DNA of 64,000 nucleotides. Source: Clostridia bacterium (GTDB lineage Bacteria; Bacillota; Clostridia; Oscillospirales; CAG-272). Shown in pieces: positions 55,474 through 63,369 of this stretch. The translations under genes were made by a program, and so were the position numbers. The stretch lies in assembly GCA_017410065.1 (NCBI GenBank), contig JAFQRL010000005.1, positions 23,536 through 87,535 on the forward strand, in the 5' to 3' direction. The notes under the pieces were generated by a model. The model did no database searches and was not told the origin of the DNA. It saw nothing but the letters and a program-made list of their open reading frames with translations. Position 1 is the stretch's first letter; every line of letters starts with the position of its first letter.

Positions 55474-55502
55474 ATTTTACCACACCGCCGCGGCTTTGTC
55501 AA
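55474..55502 (-). promoter_or_regulatory. SigmaA promoter of the T-box/trpB leader
   Basis: Minus strand TTGACA-17 bp-TAAAAT with TG. Confidence 0.8.
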
Positions 55503-55595
55503 TACCTTTTTGAAAAATTTCCCGAAATCCCCCGAAAATTATTTTGGAAAATTCCCCGAATTTTCCTCTTGAAATATCCTCCAAAGCTTCGCTCT

Positions 55596-55670
55596 CCGTC
55601 CGAGATCCGACCGCCGGCGGTCGCCCTTCGGGTTTCGGCTTCGGGCTCCCGCCCTCCGCTCAAAATGACA
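55596..55670. repeat. Partial family E element (right end)
   Basis: Nearly identical to 34824-34897; ends GCTCAAAATGACA. Confidence 0.85.
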
Positions 55671-55697
55671 ACAGACGGAACGTGCCTCGTTTCTCAT

Positions 55698-55893
55698 AAT
55701 CAAGGCGCAAGCCTTGTATATCATCAGCTCTTTGAGCTGTATATCATCAAGGCGTAAGCCTTGTATATCATCAGCTCTTTGAGCTGTATATTTGCTATTC
55801 GTCGGTCGTACACGCCGAATAACGCAAGATACCGTTAAAAACGGTATGCATCGCGGCACAGCCGTGTATATCATCAGCCATTTGGGCTGCATC
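55698..55893. repeat. Family A array with one 68-bp module
   Basis: Six hairpins on TGTATATCATCA linkers; module at 55785-55852. Confidence 0.9.
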
Positions 55894-55902
55894 TCCCTCT
55901 TT

Positions 55903-56463
55903 CTACACAAAAACAGGCCGTATCTGCTCGCCCCTCATAGCCGATAAAAACGCTTCGGGTACTCTTTTCATATCGGCGACCAGCGAGTGCGGCTTGCCCG
56001 TCGGGTCGTCCTGCCGCATCGGCACGAAATAAACCGAACGCCTTGTGATCAGTCTGCCGATGTTGGAGAGATTTTGAGAAAGACCGTCGTTTGTGGCAAG
56101 GGCAATAAGGGTGAGTCTATCCTGCCGCAGGTGCGCCTTTGCCGCCATAGTCACCGCCGTGTCGGTGATACCCCCTGCAAGCTTTGCAAGAGTGTTGCCT
56201 GTGCAGGGTGCGATTATCAGCCCCTCAAGAGGTGCCTTCGGTCCAAGCGGCTCTGCCGCCTCTATGGTGTGTATCACCCTTCTTTTGCAGAGCTCCTCAA
56301 CCTCTCCGATAAAGTCCTCTGCCTTATGAAATCTTGTGTCCTTTGTGTAGGCATTCTCGCTCATTATGGGCTGTATCTCATACCCCATATCAATAAGTGT
56401 GCGAAGTGAAGAAAAAGATGCGCCCATCGTGCAAAACGAAGCGCAAAAAGCATATCCAAGCAT
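55903..56463 (-). CDS. spoVFB: Dipicolinate synthase subunit B
   Basis: GYAFCASFCT, EPLGPK, IAPCTGNTLAKLA, MAAKAHLR, ATNDGL, QDDPTGKPHSLVA. Confidence 0.93.
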   Translation of the reverse strand: MLGYAFCASFCTMGASFSSLRTLIDMGYEIQPIMSENAYTKDTRFHKAEDFIGEVEELCKRRVIHTIEAAEPLGPKAPLEGLIIAPCTGNTLAKLAGGITDTAVTMAAKAHLRQDRLTLIALATNDGLSQNLSNIGRLITRRSVYFVPMRQDDPTGKPHSLVADMKRVPEAFLSAMRGEQIRPVFV

Positions 56464-56475
56464 ATCCCTCTCCCC

Positions 56476-57246
56476 CTATCCGCGCCCTTTGTCGGAGGCT
56501 CTTGAAAGCTTATCCTTAAGGTGCTCGGCGATCCTTCTCGCATAAAGCCTCCCCGCGCTTTGGGGATAATATTTCTCGGGAATCGAGGGTAGCTTCACCA
56601 AGCCCGAAATCCCCTCAAGATATCTCCCCGAGGCAAGATCTATGACCCTCAAGCCACAGCACTCCCTAATCGCTTTCTTTGTAACTATCCTTGCAGGGGC
56701 TGTGTTTATAAGCACGTCAAGCCCCGAAAAATCAGACGAGCCGCGGTAGTCAACAGCCTCAATTCCAAGCTCCGAAAGCTCTCTTAAGGTGGCGGAATTT
56801 CCGCTATAAACCCTCACTCTCGCGCCGAGAAAAAGAAGCAGCCTCAAAAGCCTTGACCCTATCCGCCCATAGCCAACTATCCCGAAGGAAAGCTCCGAGG
56901 GAGAGGCGGGAAGCTCGGTGAGAATATACCCAAGCGCGCCAAGGGCTGTGAGTGTCGCATTTTCGGATATCAGCACCTCGTCAAGAGAGCCGTCGTATAT
57001 AGAGCCGCCAAGCTCCAAGATCTCTCTCGCCACACCCTCGGGTATCCCATACCCCGCAACAAGCGTACCCTCCCTCACCTCTCGGCAAACCTCGGAAAGC
57101 TCCACCTCCGTGCCCGAAACGTGAACGCCGTCTCGGCTGGTGGGAATTGGAAGTATGATAATTCGGCAGTCGCCAACGTAGTCCGCGGCAACCGCAGAGG
57201 AGCACACCCTGAGTCTCTCCCCCATACCGTAAGTTAAAATTTCCAT
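56476..57246 (-). CDS. spoVFA: Dipicolinate synthase subunit A-like protein
   Basis: IILPIP, ENATLTALGA, VGYGRIG, LINTAP, IDLAS; directly upstream of spoVFB. Confidence 0.8.
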   Translation of the reverse strand: MEILTYGMGERLRVCSSAVAADYVGDCRIIILPIPTSRDGVHVSGTEVELSEVCREVREGTLVAGYGIPEGVAREILELGGSIYDGSLDEVLISENATLTALGALGYILTELPASPSELSFGIVGYGRIGSRLLRLLLFLGARVRVYSGNSATLRELSELGIEAVDYRGSSDFSGLDVLINTAPARIVTKKAIRECCGLRVIDLASGRYLEGISGLVKLPSIPEKYYPQSAGRLYARRIAEHLKDKLSRASDKGRG

Positions 57247-57394
57247 ATATATACCTCGTGACGGAAAACCCCGTCAAAATCAGTATATGATATAAGATAA
57301 AAAAAGGAGGCTGTCTCGCATTTGAAACAACCCCGCTTTGTTTGATAGGGGATGGGCAGATCTTATCCTACCCAATATCACATCCCCAAAATTA

Positions 57395-57541
57395 TCATTT
57401 TTTCATCATACTCTTAACGTTCTCAAGCCCTGTTTTCACGAGCCCCTTGGTCTTGTTGTAAAGATTTATCATACTTGCGCCCGCAAGAGTGAAAAGTGCC
57501 AGGGTCGCATAAGGGTGCCGACGCTTCTTGCCGTCCTTCAT
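57395..57541 (-). CDS. Small 48-aa protein missed by the ORF track
   Basis: AAGGAG RBS 6 nt before ATG; MKDGKKRRHPYATLALFTLAGASMINLYNKTKGLVKTGLENVKSMMKK. Confidence 0.6.
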   Translation of the reverse strand: MKDGKKRRHPYATLALFTLAGASMINLYNKTKGLVKTGLENVKSMMKK

Positions 57542-57872
57542 ATATTTCTCCTTAAGAATGTTTTCGGGCGGATAACGCTCCGCGCATTTTTATTTCGTGC
57601 CCTATCCCGAAAAAGGGCTCCTCGCCCAAATGAGAGATAGCTTTGGCACTTAAGCGCGTGAGTTTGCGCCGCGCTTTGCTCTTATTTTGCCACGGCAAGA
57701 AGAAAAGTAAACCACCAAATCCCAAAAAATCAAGCACCATTTATTTCCATCGCCTATAAATTTTAGTTTGTTTCGGGAAGATTTTATATAAAAAGCAGGA
57801 CAATTTACTGTTGCATTTTTTTCTTATTTATTATATAATTATTAAGGCATTGGCAAAGAAACGGAGAAATAT

Positions 57873-58730
57873 ATGAGTAGCTTTGTAAAAATAGTTTTGC
57901 TTATCGGCATAATGGTCGGCACCTCGATCCAATCGGTTTTCAAAAAGGCGTATAACAAGCGCGGTTATAGCAGCGTTTTTATCTTCGGCTCGATCACCGT
58001 GGCTTCGGCGGCGCTTTTCTTCGTCGCATCGGCAAAGTACCCCTTAAGCTTCTCGGCAGACATTCTGCCATACGCCTTCGGCTTTGCGGCGGCTTATTGC
58101 TGCGCAACTATATTCGGTATGCTTGCCATCAACGAGGGCTCCCTTTCCCTCACGTCTCTTGCAACCTCCTATTCCCTGCTTATCCCAACCCTCTGGGGTC
58201 TGCTGTTTTATAACGACACGGCGACCCATTGGTTCTTTATAGGTCTCGCACTCCTTCTTATCAGCCTTGTGCTTATCAACGCAAAGGGCGGCGAAATAAA
58301 GATCACTCTTAAATGGGCGATCTTCGTGCTGCTTGCATTCCTCGGCAACGGTATCTGCTCCACGGTGCAAAGCGGCTACGCAAAAACTCACGCGCAGGGC
58401 ACCTCCGAATTTATGATAATCGCACTTTCGGCGGTCTTCCTTGTGCTGCTTTCCGCCGCCTTCCTCACCGAGCGCGGCTCCCTCGGCACCTCCCTTAAGA
58501 AAAATTGGTACCTGATGGTGCTTTGCGGCGCGGCAAACGGCGCGGTCAACCTTTTCGTCATCCTTCTCTCCCCCAATATGAACACCTCGCTGATGTTCCC
58601 TCTCATATCCGCAGGCGGCATCGTCCTCACCTCCCTCGTCTCCATCTTCATATATAAGGAAAAGCTCTCGCTTCTTCAATATATCGGTATGGTAATGGGT
58701 ATCGGAGCTATCGTATTTATGAATTTATAA
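57873..58730 (+). CDS. DMT/EamA-family transporter
   Basis: About ten hydrophobic helices in two repeated halves; EGSLSLT; IFIYKEKLS. Confidence 0.85.
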   Translation: MSSFVKIVLLIGIMVGTSIQSVFKKAYNKRGYSSVFIFGSITVASAALFFVASAKYPLSFSADILPYAFGFAAAYCCATIFGMLAINEGSLSLTSLATSYSLLIPTLWGLLFYNDTATHWFFIGLALLLISLVLINAKGGEIKITLKWAIFVLLAFLGNGICSTVQSGYAKTHAQGTSEFMIIALSAVFLVLLSAAFLTERGSLGTSLKKNWYLMVLCGAANGAVNLFVILLSPNMNTSLMFPLISAGGIVLTSLVSIFIYKEKLSLLQYIGMVMGIGAIVFMNL

Positions 58731-58792
58731 GGCTTTTTGTAAACAATTATTTTCAAAATTAATAAAAAATAAAACAAAACGGAGAAAAAGCT

Positions 58793-60466
58793 ATGTTGAA
58801 TTGTAAAATCATTTCAGGACTTGATAAGCCCCTTCTCGGCAGTAAAATTGAGGACTACAAGGAGCGCACCAATATATCCGTGCTTCGCGGCGAAAAGGCT
58901 ACCTTCCAGATGATATACACCCTGGATTTCAGGAAAGAGGGAAACTTCTCAAGAAACCTCACCGTAAATCCTTCGGGCGAGCTTGCTAAATATACCACTC
59001 TTAAAGACGTTCAATCGGTGCCTGCGGTGTTTAATTACCGCGGAGATGTTGACGATGATTTTATCACCACAGCACCCTCCCTTATTCCCGACGTTCTGGC
59101 GCCTCTTTCCTTTAACGGCAGACTTGTTGCTTGCTACGGCGCTCTCAAATCCCTTTGGATAGAGATCGAGATACCCGAAAATGCCGAGCTTTCGGGCAAG
59201 GCTGATCTCAAATTGGATCTTGAGATCGAAAAATGGACAGACGAGGTCGAAGGCTCATTCACAAGCTCTCTCGCTCTCTCCGTTGATATAATAGACGCCA
59301 CCCTTCCCGAGCAGGAGCTTATCTTCACTCAATGGTTCCACCACGACTGCCTTGCAAATTATTACAGGGTTAAAAAATGGTCGGACGAGCATTTTGAAAT
59401 AATTGAAAAATTCGCAAAATGCGCCAAAAAGAACGGTATAAATATGCTATTCACCCCAATAATCACGCCCCCTCTCGATAACGCGGCAGACACGCGCGAC
59501 CTCCAGCTCGCCGACGTCACCGTTACCGATAGCGGCTATGAATTCGGCTGGGATAAGCTTGACCGTTGGATCGACATCTGCGATAGAGTCGGAATTGAAA
59601 AATTTGAGATAGGCCACCTCTTTACCCAAGGAGGAGCGGCATACGCAACCAAGGTCTCGGGTGTCAAGAACGGAGTTTACCAAAGACTCTTTGCAAAGGA
59701 CGTTCCCTGCGACGACCCCGAATACGTCAGATTTTTAAGAGCGCTCCTCACCTCTCTCATCGCACATATGAGGGCGCGCGGCGACGATAAGAGAATGATG
59801 TTCCATATCTCGGACGAGCCAAGCGACACCCAGCTTGAAACCTATAATAAAGCAAAATCTGCCGTCGCGGATCTCCTTGAGGGCTATCACATCTTCGATG
59901 CCCTTTCACATTACGATTTCTACGAGCGCGGAGTTGTTAAAAAGCCTGTCGTTATTCTTCATCATCTTGAAGAATTTGCAGAAAAGGGCGTGCCAGGTCT
60001 TTGGACTTATAATTGCTGTGCGCCCGCAGGCGGCTATTCCAACCGCTTTTTGCCGATGACCCTCTCGCGCAACCGTTCTCTCGCCCTTGTTCTTTATAAG
60101 TACAATATTGAGGGCTTCCTTCATTGGGGCTTCAACTTCTATAACACAAGCGGCTCCTATAACGAAATTAACCCCTTCCACGACACAAACTCCGGCGGAC
60201 ACTTCCCCTCGGGCGACGCCTTCTCGGTTTACCCCGGCACAGGCGGCACCCCCCTCGAATCAATGCGCCTCTCCTGCTTTGCAGACGGTCTTTGCGACCT
60301 TCGCGCCTTCAAGCTCTGCGAGAGCCTCTACTCCCGCGACGAAGTCATCTCCGCCCTCGAAGCCTTCCTCGGCGCGCCCATAAAAGCTAATACCTATATC
60401 AATAGCTCCGAGAAAATGCACGCCCTTCGCGAGATGATCAATGAAATGATCAAAGCGAAAATCTAA
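58793..60466 (+). CDS. DUF4091/GH123-like glycoside hydrolase
   Basis: TQWFHHDCLANYY, HLFTQGG, FHISDEP (adjacent DE pair), GFLHWGFNFY, FPSGDAFSVYPG, SMRL...GLCD; no signal peptide. Confidence 0.8.
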   Translation: MLNCKIISGLDKPLLGSKIEDYKERTNISVLRGEKATFQMIYTLDFRKEGNFSRNLTVNPSGELAKYTTLKDVQSVPAVFNYRGDVDDDFITTAPSLIPDVLAPLSFNGRLVACYGALKSLWIEIEIPENAELSGKADLKLDLEIEKWTDEVEGSFTSSLALSVDIIDATLPEQELIFTQWFHHDCLANYYRVKKWSDEHFEIIEKFAKCAKKNGINMLFTPIITPPLDNAADTRDLQLADVTVTDSGYEFGWDKLDRWIDICDRVGIEKFEIGHLFTQGGAAYATKVSGVKNGVYQRLFAKDVPCDDPEYVRFLRALLTSLIAHMRARGDDKRMMFHISDEPSDTQLETYNKAKSAVADLLEGYHIFDALSHYDFYERGVVKKPVVILHHLEEFAEKGVPGLWTYNCCAPAGGYSNRFLPMTLSRNRSLALVLYKYNIEGFLHWGFNFYNTSGSYNEINPFHDTNSGGHFPSGDAFSVYPGTGGTPLESMRLSCFADGLCDLRAFKLCESLYSRDEVISALEAFLGAPIKANTYINSSEKMHALREMINEMIKAKI

Positions 60467-60499
60467 AATTTAAAGCATCTTCCTATAAGAAAAATCAAC

Positions 60500-60543
60500 A
60501 AAAAGCTTGCCCGAGCCACCATCGCCCGAGCAAGCTTTTTATT
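60500..60543. terminator. Bidirectional terminator candidate
   Basis: AAAAAGCTTGC...GCAAGCTTTTT. Confidence 0.65.
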
Positions 60544-60638
60544 TTTATCAATTTCCGAATTTCCAAAAAGATTTTGGATGAGATGCTTTGATTCAGCGCC
60601 TCCGATGAGAATAGATTTTCGAGGGATTTCCCCGATAG

Positions 60639-60799
60639 CATCGTCGTAATTTTCTGCGCCGCCTGTATAAAACAGCATAAATGCTGTGCGTATATTGCTC
60701 GGCGGCGTTAGGGCTTGCCGCCGTTTGCTCCGCAAACCGCAATAGTACGCAATACGTCAAGCCGGGAAATTCGGCGATAGGTGAGGTCGTACTCAACCG
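60639..60799 (+). repeat. Family D element loaded with cargo 2
   Basis: ATCGTCGTAATTTTCTGCGCCGCCTGTATA[~82 bp]ATACGTCAAGCCGGGAAATTCGGCGATAG. Confidence 0.85.
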
Positions 60800-60842
60800 A
60801 ACCGATATATCCAAAAATCACCGAAAAGCACGTTTTCCTTGC

Positions 60843-60944
60843 GAATTCGGAGCGAGAATCGTCGTAATTTACTGCGCTGCTGTATATACATACAGCAAGC
60901 CGGGAAATTCGGCGATAGACGAAGTCGGTCTCGCCCGAAGTCGT
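60843..60944 (+). repeat. Family D element, empty
   Basis: GGAGCGAGAATCGTCGTAATTT...GCTGTATATACATACAGC...GACGAAGTCGGTCTCGCCCGAAG. Confidence 0.88.
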
Positions 60945-60951
60945 AGGAAAA

Positions 60952-61806
60952 CTACACGCCCGAGTAGGCGGAGAATCCCCCATCTATCGCCAACACCACT
61001 CCCGTAATAAACCCTGCCGCCTTCTCATTAAGGAGGAAGAGAAGACCGCCCTCAAGCTCGGAAGCCTCGCCAAATCTGCCCATAGGAGTGGCGGCAAGGA
61101 TCTTGCCTGTGCGCGCGGTGGGAGTGCCGTCGGGGTTAAAGAGAAGCGCCGCATTCTGCGCGGTGGAGAAGAAGCCTGGAGCTATCGCATTCACCCTGAT
61201 ACCAACCTTGGAGAAATGAACGGCAAGCCACTTTGTGAAATTGGAGACCGCCGCCTTCGCGCCCGAATAAGCGGGTATCTTTGTGAGAGGCGTGAATGCA
61301 TTCATCGAGGAAATATTCAAAATACTGCACCCCTCCTTACCAACCATCTGGCGCGCAAACGCCTGTGTGGGAATAAGAGTGCCGAGGAAATTGAGGTTAA
61401 ACACGAAGCCAACGCCTGCGGCGTCAAGATCAAAGAAGCTCTTGGTGTCCGCATCAATGTCGCCCATCTCAAAATATTCCTTGTCGGTGGTCGCCTTAGG
61501 GTTGTTACCGCCCGCGCCGTTCACAAGTATATCGCAGCTGCCAAGCTCTGCGGCAACCGCATCAGCCACCGAGTAGCAAAGCTCCTTATCAAGCACGTTG
61601 CAGGCATACGCCTTGGCAACGCCGCCTTCGGCAACTATCTCGTCAGCATACTGTCTTGCCTTCTCCTCGTTAAGATCGAGCAGCGCAACCTTCGCGCCCG
61701 CCCTCGCAAGCACCTTCGCGAAATGCGAGCACAAAACTCCGCCCGCACCCGTCACCACAACCACCTTGCCCGAAAGATCGGTGTTGAGAACGTTATTGTT
61801 GATCAT
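60952..61806 (-). CDS. uxuB: SDR-family D-mannonate (fructuronate) oxidoreductase
   Basis: TGAGGVL, NGAGGNNP, SSMNAF, YSGAK, NAIAPGFF; lies downstream of uxuA. Confidence 0.88.
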   Translation of the reverse strand: MINNNVLNTDLSGKVVVVTGAGGVLCSHFAKVLARAGAKVALLDLNEEKARQYADEIVAEGGVAKAYACNVLDKELCYSVADAVAAELGSCDILVNGAGGNNPKATTDKEYFEMGDIDADTKSFFDLDAAGVGFVFNLNFLGTLIPTQAFARQMVGKEGCSILNISSMNAFTPLTKIPAYSGAKAAVSNFTKWLAVHFSKVGIRVNAIAPGFFSTAQNAALLFNPDGTPTARTGKILAATPMGRFGEASELEGGLLFLLNEKAAGFITGVVLAIDGGFSAYSGV

Positions 61807-61907
61807 CGATTATCTCCTTATTTTTTCTTTATAAAAACGCTGAAAATCGGCTTTTCGAGGGAGTTTTGGATGAGAAGCTTCGTTTAATGACCGACAGGCA
61901 GTATATA

Positions 61908-61994
61908 ACAGCATAAATGCTGTGCGTATATTGCTCGGCGGCGTTGGGTGTTGCCGCCGTTTGCTTTGCAAACCGCAATAGTACGCAATACGTC
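61908..61994. repeat. Cargo 2 copy without the full family D flanks
   Basis: Nearly identical to 60672-60758; differences fall in loops. Confidence 0.85.
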
Positions 61995-62107
61995 GAGATC
62001 GTTAAACGGAGGTAGGAATTACCGCTCTGAAAATTCACAGCCTACGAAAACTCATTTCGGGAAAACCATTCCTGTCCTCGCCGAAAATCACCGAAAATCG
62101 CCAAAAA

Positions 62108-63154
62108 TCACCGAAAAGCCTTCTCTGTAGCTTCGAAAAGGCCATTTATATACGCCGCCCCCAGCGCCCTATCATAAAGCCCATACCCGGGCTTGCCTGT
62201 CTCACCCCAGATCATTCTGCCGTGGTCGGGGCGAACGTAGCCGTCAAAGCCGTTCTCCACAAGAGCGCGGACCACCTCTGCCATATCCATCGAGCCGCAG
62301 CTTGAAAGATGACCCGACTCCTCAAAGCTTCCGTCGTCAAGCAAGCGCACGTTTCTGATGTGCATAAATGCGATCCTGTCCATCGCGCTGTACTTTCTCA
62401 CCATAGCCACAATATCATTGGTTGCGGCGCATCCGAGCGAGCCTGTGCAAAGGCAAAGACTGTTTGCAGGGCTATCAACTATCTTCAAAAATCTATCAAG
62501 ATTTTCCTCGTTTGTAATTATTCTCGGAAGTCCGAAAATGGGATATGGCGGATCGTCGGGATGTATCGCCATTCTCACGCCGCACTCCTCTGCAACGGGA
62601 ATAACCTTCTTGAGAAATTTCTCAAGATTTGCCCAAAGCCCCTCCTCGCCAAGCTTGCCGTATGCCGTGATAAGCTCGCGTACCTCGTCCTTCGAGTAGC
62701 TTGCATCCCAGCCGGGAAGGTTGATATCGTCAACAAGCGGATCAAGACCGCGCATCTGATCCCAATACATAACAAGGCTCGTGGAGCCGTCCTCTGCCTT
62801 TTTATCAAGTTGAGTTCTCGTCCAGTCGAAAACAGGCATAAAGTTATAAGTCACGCACTTGATGCCGTACTTTGCACAGCGACGCACGTTCTCGCAATAC
62901 ACCTCAATAAGCTCGTCCACGTTGTCTCTGCCGAGCTTAATATTTTCGTGAACGGGTATAGACTCAACGATATCGAAAAGCATACCGTTTGCCTCAACCT
63001 GCTCCTTCATTTTCCTTATAGACTCCTCGGGCCAGACCTCACCGGGCTTCACGTCGTAGACCGCGGAAACGATAGACCGCATATTGGGTATCTGGCGAAT
63101 GTATTCAAGCGGAATGGGATCTCCCTCTCCGTACCATCTGAATGAAAGCTTCAT
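62108..63154 (-). CDS. uxuA: Mannonate dehydratase
   Basis: FRWYG, ESIPVHENIK, YNFMPVFDWTRT, HPDDPP, CTGSLG, RPDHGR, PGYGLYDRALG. Confidence 0.96.
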   Translation of the reverse strand: MKLSFRWYGEGDPIPLEYIRQIPNMRSIVSAVYDVKPGEVWPEESIRKMKEQVEANGMLFDIVESIPVHENIKLGRDNVDELIEVYCENVRRCAKYGIKCVTYNFMPVFDWTRTQLDKKAEDGSTSLVMYWDQMRGLDPLVDDINLPGWDASYSKDEVRELITAYGKLGEEGLWANLEKFLKKVIPVAEECGVRMAIHPDDPPYPIFGLPRIITNEENLDRFLKIVDSPANSLCLCTGSLGCAATNDIVAMVRKYSAMDRIAFMHIRNVRLLDDGSFEESGHLSSCGSMDMAEVVRALVENGFDGYVRPDHGRMIWGETGKPGYGLYDRALGAAYINGLFEATEKAFR

Positions 63155-63369
63155 AAAATCACCTCACAGTTTTTTCTAATATTATTATAAATTATTTTGC
63201 CCAACCCGTCAATAAATAATCTTCATTTAAACTTGCTCTATATTCAGTTTTATTTGCGTTTTTTTACGATTTATCATTTTTCGGTTAATTTTCAGCAATT
63301 AAGGAATACTAATCATAGGCAAAGCAACACCCACGTGTGCTTGCCAAGTAAATCAAAAAGGCTGAATAA

